NCBI GenBank assembly: GCA_044892505.1
Contig: CM097883.1
Coordinates: 273,792,001 to 273,856,000, forward strand
From: Schmidtea nova
Taxonomy: Eukaryota
DNA: 64,000 nucleotides
Reading direction: 5' to 3'
Shown: positions 38,301 through 50,956 of the stretch, piece after piece
Layout: every line of letters starts with the position of its first letter
Position numbering within the stretch: the stretch's first letter is position 1
Made by a program: the position numbers and the translations under genes
The notes under the pieces: model-generated
The model's database searches: none
The model's input: only the letters and a program-made list of their open reading frames with translations
Told to the model about the DNA's origin: nothing

Positions 38301-41300
38301 AAAGCAACCTTATATAAAGCATGGAAAAAACACAATTTACAACATACACCATAAGTTACTTAAATGCATTCAAAATATCCGCGTAATGGGTAACTTGAGA
38401 ATTAAACTTTTTTGAGCATTAATCTAATCAACAATGCCTCACAAGTTACTCGTTTCCAATAATTACTCAAATATTTTGCATAACAATAATAATAATAATA
38501 AAGTTTGAAAAAAAAATAGAATGAAAATTTGTGTAAAGCACATAATAGTAGAAAAAACAGACAAGTATATTATCCGAAAACTATGTAGATAGGTAGAAAT
38601 GGCACTATAATGAAAACTTGACCAGTAAACCACGTTATAATGAAGAATTGATTGGTAGAGTTCGCGCTCTAGTTGTATATTTACTTCTTTTGCTTGATTA
38701 CTGATTCATTTTATGAAAATGCTGTAATTGAATTTTGTTTTAGATTTCTCATATATTGCTTATTATTTTGCTCATTCGACTTGCATTTATCAAATGGTCA
38801 ATAGAACGTATAGATTATTTTGAACTTTATATATATGTTCATATTGTAACCAATTTTCTCGATCACTTCAGAAAGGTATAATTAATATGCATAAAATAAT
38901 TGGTTAAATTGGCATTTTTTCAGTTTGCCAATACGGCAGGAATTAATATTGCTCAAAAAATGAAAGTTCATTTTGAATCTCTTTGGAATTTTTTTGATTT
39001 TAGCTGGGGATTTTATTGTCTAATAGCGTTTTCTGTGAGATATTTTGCCACATATCAATTTCAGCAAATCAAACACCAAAGCCATCGTAATTTGACATTA
39101 TTAAATTCTAATGATCCGTCCGAAATATTTTTATGGGGTCGCAATCTCATTATCCTTGGATCAGCATATTGGTTTGATTTGTTTTGTTGTGTGTATCTTA
39201 TTTTTTGTTAGGGTTATTAAATCATTAGAGTTGATGCAAAATTGGAGATTATTTGGAGCTTACATTGAAATGATCAGAATTATGGTAAATTAAGAGTTGA
39301 TTTGTTATCATTTTAAAACTCAACTAGATCAAACAAATTGCTCCTCCCGTTTTGATTTTGAGTGTTATTATGACGGCTTTCGGCATTGTAAGACAAGGAA
39401 TAATGTACCAAGGAGTTGTTGATCTCAGTATTGGGAATATTTTAAAAAATATCTACCTCAAACCTTATTTTATGCTTTATGGGGAAGTCTATGCGGCGGA
39501 AATTGATCGTATTTATTGCTTATCACTGTCTCTAGATTCTATATAATTTGTTTCAGCTGTCGATTTTCCAGAAGAATCTCGATTAACCCCTTTGGCTTGG
39601 GCAGTTCCACTTGCCATGGTTCTGTTTATGTTGAGTGCTGTCGTTGTGATATTGAGTCTTATTATTGCTGGTGTAACGGATATTTATGGGAAAATGAAAG
39701 AGTCATCTGTTAAAGTTTATATGTATTTAAGATATCCTATTATTATTGACTATGAAAGTCGACCGTTTGCTCCTCCACCTTTCATTATTTTAGTTTGGAT
39801 TTATATATTATTAAAAAAGATGTATTTTTCATTAAAATTTTGCTTTTACTTTTTTAAACGCAAATACATTAACAATAACAAACCCGGTTTAAATGACAAC
39901 AATTATGATCATAGAAACCACTCTGCGGGATTAAGTAAATTTACAATTTAAAAAATTATTTTCTATAACTTAATTTTAATTTGTTAGAACTATTTTTATC
40001 GATTGATGAAATTGAGAAGTTACATGACTTTGAAGAAGAATGCGTTGAAGATTATTGGCAACATGCTAAATCTCATGATGAATTTGAACCTGGAAATGTA
40101 ATTAAAAGAACTCTTCAGTGGTAAGTGTTTGATTTATAATCATTGCAAGAATACGCAGTATTAATAATGCTTATAGTAAAAGATTCTATCCGTTTATAAA
40201 AAAAATTGTTAAAATTTTAAAAAGTTAATTGTTTATCTACAATATTAAAACAATTAACATCTCTTACACACCAACAATATTTTGTGCAAGAAAACATCAA
40301 ACATTCCATTATTTTAGATTACATTGAAATTTATATTAAAATATACTTTTAAATTTTAGAAATTCTCAATTATTTTGAAAATTTCTTTTATAGAAAGAGA
40401 TCAAATGAGAACAAGATAAACGATGTTAATGATATTACTTTTTAATAATTAATTATTACTTTTATATACAGTTATTCTTTACATGAAACACCTAATAAAT
40501 ACAAAATTAATTAATATTACTTAACTTATTAAAGTAGTTTAAGTAAATTTATTTTGATCCTAAAAATTGTATCATGGAATCTCAGGGTTTTGACAATCTT
40601 AGGATTTTAACAATTGAATTTTATATCCCTGTATTTTGGATTGAATATTTTATATACTACTCTTTTTTATGGATTTGTTTGCGATTTATGCGCCATAAAG
40701 TTTATCAAATTGTGGTATTATTGATGAAATAATTAGCCGAAGTTATTTCTTTTATTTATAAAATAATGTACTAAAGAATGTACTAAAACAGTTTTCATTA
40801 AATAACATTCCATATTGTAAAGACAGGATATTATCTAATGTAATTTATTTAAAATCTAAATGCAAAGTAAGAATTGGTGTTGATTTAGGCAAGTTCGAAA
40901 AAAAGGAAAATAACAAAACGAGGCCTATGTGTATATAAAATATTCCTTAAAACGCTAACAACAGCTTTTATTATTAAATGAGATACAATTAATCTATATT
41001 CTTCGTCGATTAACTTGCATTGTACATCCAATTGATGCAGAAATCAATGTGCTCACAAAATAGTTTTATCTGAAAATTTATCTAATGAGGGGATACAGCA
41101 GCTTTCGGGAATTTTCGCCCCAGAGCTACTCAAGTCCCATTGAATAACTGTGGCTCTTTCATTTTTAAACATTCAATTTTTTAAATGCATTTTTAACATG
41201 TTACGAACAAATCCAAGTACTACATGCCATAATTTAGGGAAAATACTCGAAAATTTTTACTTTTATTTCGATTGATACTTTAATACGTTTGCAGTATGGA

Positions 41301-42262
41301 TCAAACGCAATTCCAAATAGGTGAATTACATTCACGGTTCAACGTAATGAGGGTTAATCTGCAATGCACTAATAACAATCTCAATGACCTCAACATCAAT
41401 TACAATTGCCAGAGTGCCGCTTTATTAGAAAAAATAAGTGAATTTGAAAAGAAATTGCTAAATTGTAAGTCGAATTATAGAACCTTTGATGGAATTAAAT
41501 ATAATTTATTTAGTTTCGGATCATATATCATGTTTTAATTGCAAAAATAATAGCAATTCAGTATGTGACATAGATAATAATGAAACTAATAACAATTCCT
41601 CGCGGTTAAATGTTGAACGAAAAAATATCAGTAAACTTATTTCAGAAAGTGCTCACTGTGAAAGCCCTCTAGAGAAGTATTAAATTTTTCTTATTTTACC
41701 CTTTGCTTTATCTTGATTTTATTATCCAAGAAGTGTCAATAGAAACCACTTTTTTGGATTTCAGAATTATAAACAGAAAAGTATTCCAAAATCCTACCAA
41801 TCTACTTATCCGATTACCGATAAATACACCATACCTCTCCGTAGAGATTATACAACAATTTGTGATGATATCATTATATCAGATTGGATATCTGTGATAA
41901 TAATTTAAAAATTTTCAAAATTTTTTTAACGTCAATTTTAGACTCGAGAAACCCCTTCCGCCAGTCCGACTTCAAGTATGATAGATTTGAGTCATGCAGG
42001 AAGATCCAAGAGGTCTAATCGTCTCATGAAATCTAAAGCAAAACGCAATAAACTATTGAGTAATAAAGAAATTATTATGGGAGACAAAGAAGAAGAGTTG
42101 CGGCAAGCAGAGAAAATAGAACGAGAAGAAATGACTAGTGTTATAGTTCAAAGACTTCGACAATTATCTCATAAACAAACGTATTCATCTACAGATGAAA
42201 TAGATGAAAATATTACAGAAGTAGTCCAAGAGGTGAGAGAAATATCTGCAATATCTGAATAA
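29379..42262 (+). CDS. TRPM: TRPM cation channel of the TRPM1/3/6/7-gon-2 type, no kinase domain (multi-exon)
   Basis: In-phase exons carry [130 protein letters not shown] and a terminal LRQAE..RLRQLS block. Start codon is tentative. Confidence 0.96.
31673..31931. mobile_element. piggyBac-type MITE, family 3, in TRPM intron
   Basis: TIR CCCTTTGAC, TTAA on both sides, subterminal 16-bp palindrome GGGACATATATGTCCC at 31900-31915. Confidence 0.85.
37808..38325. mobile_element. Possible non-autonomous element (Helentron/DINE-like layout) in TRPM intron
   Basis: 12-bp inverted repeat TCCATGCTTTAT / ATAAAGCATGGA next to T/A tracts, with AAATTTGAAGTGAATCGG and a CA/TA microsatellite near the right end. 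Confidence 0.3.
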
Positions 42263-42569
42263 GATATCTATTTCGATCTGTTTCTAAACATGACGTTTAT
42301 AATGACTTGATTATTTTTATTAAGTTTTTAGTGTTTCACATCTTACTAAGGCTTTTAAACTTATTCATAGCATTTAGATTTAGTTAAGTTTTGCTAATTT
42401 ACTTTTTTACAAGTACATTCAAACCTGCTTATTGCTAATTCCATGAAATTCGGATATTCGACAATAGATTTAGTACTGTCAAATTTGTCGTGCAATTGGG
42501 GTTTCTACGTATAGGCACAAAAACTATGGACCCAAGCATAAGTAAAATAGATAGGGTTGACTATATATC

Positions 42570-44760
42570 AGTGATTCTCAACATTGTTTGATGGGTGACA
42601 CACTAAATCAGTCTTAAAATTTTCCTTGCACATCTGGAAGTTGTATTTTATTAAAAATGCTTTAATGAGGTTGTACATGCTTTCAAATGCAAATATAATT
42701 TTAGCGAATCTTCCAATGTCAATAAAAGGGCTTGCATTTCGTCGGCTTTCTCTTTTTTGAAAACGAATAAAAATGATATGAAACAAAAATTGCCCTCAAA
42801 AAACCCCAGCAATTTAAAATATATTCTAAACTTCTCGCGCCACACCAACGAAAGTCTCGGAATAGTTTGACAATCATTGCTATACATGATTAAAATTTCA
42901 AATTAATATTAACCTTCGAAATTTAGATTTATAATTTTGTTTTTTGACATTAATATTCTTGTGAAATGTCAGAGTATAATTCTCTGTTGGATACTCTGAC
43001 CATTAAGTTTTCTTGTTGTTTTATCGAACCATTTATACAGCGTCGTTCAAATAATTGCATAATTCATTTCGGAAAAGAAGCACTTTTTTGTGTCATTTTA
43101 AATTGTAAAAGTAAAACGGTTGAAAAGTTTCTTCTTAAGTTACTTTATGGTATACGCATTTATGTTTTCATTGTGTATCCAAAGACTTTGTTTATAAATA
43201 ACAGATGTTTTGAAATAACATACGTTCAAATTAATTGCATCTTAACTGACAACAACCCAAAATACCAGTAATCATACAAAATTGTACAAATCATTAGGAA
43301 ACAATAAAGACAAGTAATAAGACCATAAACTAGCATGTTATCAGTATTTCAATACATCTTATTTTGCAGTGATACAGACCTCGAATTTTCGCAGCATACG
43401 TTTGGTCAACGTCTTACAAGCCTCTAATGGCTGGGTTAGTATGACACAAGTGCTACATGCATAGAATAAGAACATCTTTCATTCACAAAATTATATTTGT
43501 GAACATTATTTTTATTATTTTTTGTAAATTTCCTATATGTGTCAGGTCTATGGTTTATGTGGACCACTTCATCACCTGTATACTTGATTATTGGAGCCTA
43601 AATGCCACTTTTCTGGCTGATTGACAAGGTTTATTGCCTTGCTGCATTATGCCAGCATCTTCTCCGAATTTGAAGCTCATTTGTGGTAAAAGATGACCGT
43701 TCAAAGTGACAATATATTTTGCCGAATTCATGGTTACTGGTGAGAAAAACAGGATCAGAATATGATTTTGTGGATGTATGGTACCAAGATGTATGCTGTA
43801 AATTTATTGATTCACGTAGCTCAAATTGAATACATGTAAAGGTCACGCCCACGATATTGTCATAGGGGAAAACCACCTTAATAGTAAATATGAAATAAAA
43901 AATATATTTTATAAAAATTAAAAATGATTCTAACATGCCGTTTTTAATCCTCTACTGTCATTTAGAGATACTTCATACATCATTGAAAGTGAACTCGTAT
44001 TTGATAGATTCCAGTTATGTGTTTTGAGAGGTCTCTTAGACAACATTCCAGAATTACAAAGGGAGCTCTTGAAAGTAGGGAGGCTTACTATGTTTGCTTC
44101 ACCACCACCTGTCTTTTGGATGTTCGCAGCTGTTGCTTTAGGAATTTTCTTATATCTAGGTGAGAAAAGCATGAAAATTTAAGTAAACATTTTTTATGAT
44201 GACAGGAAATTTGTTTTATCAGACTGAGAAGTTATATTGGTCGACTGGGAGAATATGGTGACATTTAAGTCATCTGTATTTTAATTAAATTAATATTTTT
44301 GTAAAAGCTCCAAAGATTATTCAAGGTTATAAGCAATATATCGGCTATATTTGTAATTTCCATTTTAAATGGCTTATTGTTCCGAGGAATCTTTATAGAG
44401 AAGATATTTTAAAGGCTTGTTACATTGTCAGGCTCTTTTTAATTCCCCGCCTCAACCCATATTATATTTTTATCCGCTGTAGATTCTCCCTGCGACTGTA
44501 ATGAGCCAATGATTAGCAACTAATCCCTTAATCAAAACATGTATAAATTCAAAACTTATATTTCAAATATTTATTAGATTCAATTTAAAATTTACAAAAA
44601 ACTTCCAATTACACATTATAAAAATAAAAAAACATACCCGAGCAAACTCACAAAGGTTCGCTTTCCTTGACAAACTGGCTGGTGGAATCACTCTTCTAAA
44701 TTGACTCTGACAATTTAAGTTAACAATAATTCTATGAGTGTTAAAATTATGATTGTTCAA
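42570..44760 (-). pseudogene. Degraded single-pass membrane protein gene, possibly SEFIR/TIR-like tail
   Basis: Long semi-open frames with scattered stops, one hydrophobic segment LVYGLITCLYCFLMICTILYDYW (~43270-43340), then IMYSNDCQ and LLLTLEDSLKLYLH. I could not splice it into an intact CDS. Confidence 0.25.
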
Positions 44761-45519
44761 CACCTATATATACTATTTTTGAATGGTTGTGTGTCCACTC
44801 CTGGTACGGGGTCGCTATGCAAATTCTAGCAAAACTGTCGATGTATGCTGCGAATTTTCTTTGAGTTTTCCCCAACACTAGTCACTCAGACACTATGTGT
44901 AACCTCGCATGTTGACTCTGTCGAGACTATGCATTTATTTTTCAAAATATTTTTCTGTTACCGTTTTTAAAACCATTTTTAGAATCATTTTTCATCATGA
45001 AATCAACGAAATCAGACAATTCAAATTGACTATTGAACCGTGAAATTTTTTAATATTTACCACACACATTTCATTTTTGCTGTGAAGTTATTTGATACGA
45101 CGATTAATTCAAAATAATAAATAATTGTAGCTATGCGTACAATATTTATTAAATTCGGTGTTTTTATTTATTTGATTAAAATTTATTTCATGTGTTTATC
45201 GTTTTAACTATTGGTTTTTATTTTCTAAATATTTATTATTAAATTTTGTATGTTGATTAAATAATTTATTTTTCTGGTTTGCTTCACGTTTAACAAAATT
45301 TATTTTACGATTCCACCAACCAAACACTAAGATGAGTAAAAATCATTCTTATATAAGCAAATGATTAGCAATTATTCGTGTGAGTAAGCAACTAAGATGA
45401 GAAATAATCATTCTTAAATAAGTATTATTTGTCCTTGGTAAATCCATTGTTGACAATGAATTTGATTCAACTCAACGAAACCGTTAATGACAAAGCGTCA
45501 GGCATTTAATTTTTACAAA

Positions 45520-46010
45520 ATAATAGAATCTTACATCAAAAAAGAATTTGTGACAGCGGTCACCAAATGACACTGTCTATCAATGACAAAGAAGATCGTT
45601 GGCGTTGTCACAAACGTGCTTTTCGGCATCAAAAGCTACTGGAAAGTGGCACATGGCTATCCTATCCAACAATTATTCTATTCATATATTCTTAGTCGAA
45701 AGAACAATTGAATTCTGTCAAACAGAGCTGAATATGTCATCGAAGGAAATAATTGTTGATTCGTGGTTTATATCCGAGAAATATATACTCAGTCTTTTTT
45801 ACAAAACCCTGTGGCTATTGGTGGTGAGAATCGGACAGTGGAAATCGACGAAAGTGTATTCGTATGCCGGAAATATAGCGTGAGTAAACAAAGATAGGAG
45901 CAGTGGATTGTGGATGGAGTATGTCGGGAAACGTCTGAGTGTTTTCTGTACGCTGTGGACAATCGCAACGGCGATACTCTAAAAATGATAATTAAAGAAA
46001 GTGTTCCGAT
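45520..46010 (+). pseudogene. Merlin (IS1016/ISXO2-like) transposase remnant
   Basis: AIGGENRTVEIDESVFVCRKYS...QWIVDGVCRETSECFLYAVDNRNGDTLKMIIKESVP matches the Merlin IGG..VEIDES.F.KRKY core; frameshifted and truncated near the mariner insertion. Confidence 0.85.
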
Positions 46011-46081
46011 ACTCTATTAAATCACATAAAATCACAGTGTAAAGTACAATTTTAAATTAAAGTATCTAAAATCAGTTCATA

Positions 46082-47351
46082 CGTGGTGCGTTCAAAAAGT
46101 TTCCGGCCTACCCTACATAACAAATTGATTTTTTAATGGAAATAGGTTTGTTTTATTGGAAATTTATTGACAATTTCATGTTGAAAATCTTATTGACCTA
46201 ATGCATTTACTTTATCTGTTGCAGATGGAAATGTCGTTGCAAGTGCATTCGCTGGAAAAAATTGAGTATCGCAGTGCTATTTGCTTTTGTGTTCTTCTCG
46301 GCCAAACCAACCAAGAAATCATGGCAAATCTGAATCGAGCCTATGGCGAAAAGTGTCCCTATCAGTCTACCATCAAGTTTTGGATTGCTGAATTCAAACC
46401 GGGTCGGCAAAGTGTGTCAGATGAGGAACGAGAGGGTCGACCAACGACTTCGAGAAATAAAGATGTGAAGGAATAATTGGAGAAAATGGTACTGGAAGAT
46501 CGCCAGGCAGCTGGAAGAATACCTACAATTATCACACGGCACCGTAGTGCAATTATTGAAAGACCTTAACTTCAACAAGGTGGTGTCTCGCTTTGTGCCT
46601 CGCTTTGTGCCTCGCTTTTTGTCAACTGAGATGTGCAATAACCGAAAGAACCTCGCCATTTACCGCAAGTATGGAGAAAGATTTATCCAAAACATCCTCA
46701 CTGTCGATGAGACACCGTTGCCCCTACATCAGCCTGAATCAAAGCGGGAGTCTATGGAATGGAGAAAGCCGAAAGAAGAAAAAGTTTGGAAGTCTCGTTT
46801 CGGAATGTCGCACAGACGGGAACTCATGTTGACTGTGTTTTGGAGTCATAAGGGAGTGATCCTCAGCGACTTTCTTGAGAAGGGACGGACAATCAGCGGA
46901 GAATATTACGGTAATCTCGTTGAGCAAGCTCATAGAAAGTGACGAAAACCATATGGTCTCCCTCACTGGTTTCAACATGATAATGTGCCAGTTCACACCA
47001 GCCGCATTGCCCAAGCAAAACTCAATGACTGTGGCTTCGAGATCATTAGCCACCCTCCATACAGCTCCCTCAGATTACTGCCTATTTACGGAATTGAAGA
47101 AGCAGCTGCGGGGACAGTATTTCATGGATGCAGGCGATTTAGAGGAGGCTGTAAATCGGATTTTTGACCAGCTTCCACCCTCATTTTACCATAGGGCATT
47201 CGAAGCCCTCCCTAGTTGTTGGCAGAAGTGTGTCGATGCCGGAGGTAATTGGTTCGAGAAGTAATGGTATTGGTGTTGATAAAAATATAGTTGTGGTTTC
47301 TTGCTTTTACTTTTTTCTGGAGTAGGCCGGAAACATTTTGACCGCATCACG
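46082..47351 (+). mobile_element. Full-length mariner (DD34D), transposase frameshifted
   Basis: ~30-bp TIRs CGTGGTGCGTTCAAAAAGTTTCCGGCCTAC / CGTGATGCGGTCAAAATGTTTCCGGCCTAC, TA TSD, 1270 bp; motifs EEREGRP, TVDET, HDNVPVH, HPPYS, SDYCLF. Confidence 0.95.
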
Positions 47352-47924
47352 TACTTTTTATTCAACTGTTTATTGACGAATTGGTTAGACCACTGGGTCT
47401 GTTCATAAAGCCATCCGTATTTATTTCGAATGAGATTGAATTTTATTACATTGGACAAACGAGAGCCAAATAAGCCAGAAACGCATCGGTCATTAGAAAT
47501 CGCATCGAATATCATATTAAAATGTTAATTTTAATCGTAAGTCATTCGAAAACCAAAAACAAATTGATTGTCTAACAAAATTAATTAAATTTTTCATTAA
47601 GTTTCGCTAAAAGATATCATTTTAAAAGAATATAAATTTAAATGTAAGTGGTTTATTCAAAAACTTAGGGTCCTTTTTATACAGTGACGGATTTACCTAT
47701 AGGCTGACTAGGCTACAGCCTAGGGCATCCATTATTGAAAGGGCTCCAAAACCGTAATTTTACTTTTAATTGCTTTTATAAAAAATTTAATTTTTTTCAA
47801 TAATTGAAATTCAATAATGCAATTCATAATTTTGAAATTTTATAACTACTTTTTGTCAGTCTTAACAAACAAATTATTGTTTTAACAACTAATTCTAAAA
47901 CAAACAAAAGCAGGTAGTGAAATG

Positions 47925-48650
47925 CTATTTTTTAGATTTTGGTGCATAGGTTTTAATACTATACATAGTGATGTTCGAATGAGCCAAGACGCTTGCAAAG
48001 GCATTTTTATTATCCTCATATATTTGATCTTGAATCGAAGAAATACTCTTTCCATCATCCATCCAAATCTTTATCAAGCATTTCATGGAAAGTGTCACAC
48101 ACAAATTAACCAAGCACTCAATAGCATCAGAACCGATTGTAAGGATTAAATGGTTTATTATTGCACCAAAATTACAGTTATTGATATGATTAAAAGTTTG
48201 AAAGATCAAAATCAGATCAGGATATTTGAAAGGAGTCATTGCCTTGTAAATCAATATCATGCTCTTTAATAACGGACTAGATATATTGAAATCAGACGCT
48301 TGCAAATTCAATAGTATTTTATACAAAATACTCTCAGCTTTTTCCCATATTGGAATGTTGATTTCACATCGTTGAGTGATTTCTAAATTTGTTGAAGCCA
48401 TTTGTTGAATCAAATTCGAAATATTATTAAACAAGCCATTTATGTCCATATTCATGTTTTCATGATCAATATTCTTCAATGTAAACAATCTTCTGTTGCA
48501 GGTCAAAGTTGCAATTAAAAACTGGCAAAATAAATACCAATTAACGTGAGATTTCAAATTAACATATTCATCATCATTGTTTCTTGAAGAATCAAACGAA
48601 AGAAAAGATTCTTTAATCAACCCAAGTCTTCTTGCAATGTCAGATTCCAT
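47925..48650 (-). CDS. Intact 241-aa intron-free orphan ORF
   Basis: ATG to TAG with no stops in very AT-rich DNA; Leu/Ile/Asn-rich, helical-looking; no motif I recognise. Confidence 0.55.
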   Translation of the reverse strand: MESDIARRLGLIKESFLSFDSSRNNDDEYVNLKSHVNWYLFCQFLIATLTCNRRLFTLKNIDHENMNMDINGLFNNISNLIQQMASTNLEITQRCEINIPIWEKAESILYKILLNLQASDFNISSPLLKSMILIYKAMTPFKYPDLILIFQTFNHINNCNFGAIINHLILTIGSDAIECLVNLCVTLSMKCLIKIWMDDGKSISSIQDQIYEDNKNAFASVLAHSNITMYSIKTYAPKSKK

Positions 48651-48819
48651 TCCAATTCAAATTCAAAATATAAGACCCGCAAAATAGTTTTTTAAACCAA
48701 CTCGAAAAATCCGTTCGGCCAAACAAAACTCAAAATCTCTAAATAATCAAACGCGAATTTCTAAAATTAAAATCAATTCACAAAACTCAAAAAAACCATA
48801 ATTACTCGAAAAATTACGA

Positions 48820-48906
48820 GCGCACACAGACGCGATGGCAATGAAAATACAACCACGCGCACACAGACGCGACACATCCAAATCATTTCTGCGCACATGC
48901 GCACAT
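48820..48906 (-). promoter_or_regulatory. Motif cluster 3: two exact CGCGTCTGTGTGCGC direct repeats plus TGTGCGCA variants
   Basis: GCGCACACAGACGCG at 48820-48834 and 48857-48871, 170 bp upstream of the orphan ORF. Confidence 0.6.
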
Positions 48907-50956
48907 AGAAATTACCACATAGATTAAGCGACTTCTAATATATATAAAAATATTACAGAAGAATAACGTACTTAAGTTAAATATTTATCCAAAAATGAAG
49001 AAAATCTTTGATAGTGGTGCACTAAAACGAAAGAAGTAAGCAGAAAAAGAAGAGGAGTTGAAGAAATTGCCCAGATTAGATGCATTTTCACCAAAAGTAG
49101 AAGAAAAGAGACAGAAGTGACCACCTCAGCTGAAAATGACTGTAATAATTGGAAGTTCTCTAAGTACACGAATCCTGTTATCAAGAATAGTGCTCGGTAA
49201 TTCAAGTAATTTGTTTGAAAATTATACGGGCGATATAGTTCAAGATACAACATTGGCGATAGAAATCAATTCTTCACTTAATAGAGGTAATGATATCGGG
49301 CTGTGGAACTGATTTATCTAATGAAGATGTTTAGTTTTGTATTGAACAAAGACCAACAGCTTGTCAAAATTTAGACACTGATTTCCAGTCTTCTAAAAAC
49401 TTACAAAACCAGGATCGGTATTGTTCAAAAGCATTTTTTTACTAGAATGAAGGTAAATATAAACCAGTTTTAGGTAGTGGGTTTTGTTTTGTATGCAAAA
49501 TATTCAAAAATTAAAATTTTTCGCTTGCTAAAAACATATTTAAAGATTGGAAAAATGCTGTTACTTCATTGAAAAGTCATGAAAATTCATCAGAACATAG
49601 AAAATCTTTTATGTTTTATTTAGCACGTAGAAGTAGTAAAACATTATCTGGTCATTTGGAGATCAAATATGGAATGAGCAGAACTACTGACGAAAAACTT
49701 TGAAACGTGTGGTAGCAGTACTTTGTATTTTAGTTGAAGGAAATCTGCCATTTAGAAAAACAGATGAAATATTTGGAAGGGAACGTAATGTAAACTTCAT
49801 TGGTCTTTTGGAATCGATAGCACAATTTGATCCGTTGATGGCAACAAATGTTTTACAAGAAATTATCATAGACGTTAAAAAATCTAAATACTTTGGAATT
49901 TTAGTTGATTCTACACCAGATATCGCTAATAAGGATCAGTTATGTATTACATTGAGATGTGTAGATGAATTGAATTATGAACCTATAGAACGATTTCTGA
50001 CCTTGAAATTGAGGATCAGACTAGAGCCAACTTAGCAGAAACTACTGTAAATTTTTTAGAAACTAAAGCTTGTCTGAATTATGCGGATTGTTAATTACAG
50101 TCATACGATAACGCCATTAATATGGCAGGAAAATATAAAGGTATGCAAGCAATAATTTTGAAAAAGTATACTAAGGCAAATTTAAAATAAGTTATATATT
50201 ATGACAGCCAATCTCAAACATCTATTTATTCGTAACTAACCAAGTTTTTTTTTATTTTTTATAAAAAAATTCAACAATATCAACACCGCTATTGCGGAGA
50301 TGTGGTGATTTTTCTTTGGAAATTTAATTTGGATGAAACTCTTAACTTTTGTTATTCGGCAACTAATTTCAGAGTGATTTCTGTAAATTTTTAACTTTTC
50401 ATCCTGTATTTGTTTTGCCACCTAAATTTTTTGAAAGAAGGTTTTAAAATAAAATGTATTTAATTCAAATGAAATCTTTTCTTTACTATTTTTTCCAAAC
50501 AAAAAAATTATAAACAATGCGAGATTGTACGATTTTCAATGACATTGTCACTGTAAATCAATTATTGTAGAAACAACATTAAGGTGTCAACAGATTGAAA
50601 CGTTTTCACTTTACCTTTTTAAAAGAGATTTAACGAGATCTTTTTTGATATTGAAAATCAGCGAATTAATAAAATAAAAGAAGGCAATGCATAACCGTTA
50701 TTATGTATATGAAAAAAGTTTGTACGATAAATATTTCATTCAAAAAAATTAATTTATGAAGTTTTCAAAGTTTTTACAAATAACAAATCGAACAAAACTA
50801 ACCAAACTTAATATTTAATTAATAAAATATAATTATAAATTTCAAAACTTTTCGAACTTTTATTTTTCCTTAATAATACGCCTGGAAAGGTTAATATATC
50901 TTCCAATTTAGTTTTATATTTCTATATTAGAATCGAGTGCATCGTTAAAATAAGTA

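Larger units (their letters stand above)
47682..50170 (+). mobile_element. Degraded hAT (TTF zinc finger/Tip100-like): left end plus internally deleted transposase from ~48994
   Basis: Terminus CAGTGACGGATTTACCTATAGGCTGACTAGGC; fragments SGALKRKK, FCFVCKIF, FKDWKN..SHENSSEH, NLPFR, VDSTPDIANKDQL, SYDNAINMAGKYKGMQA. Right end and TSD not found. Confidence 0.75.

Noticed and set aside
44170-44520. Long frames broken only by TAA/TAG suggested stop-codon reassignment
   Set aside because: LARP1, LIN52 and TRPM exons have no in-frame stops and all end in TAA, so pseudogene decay explains it better.
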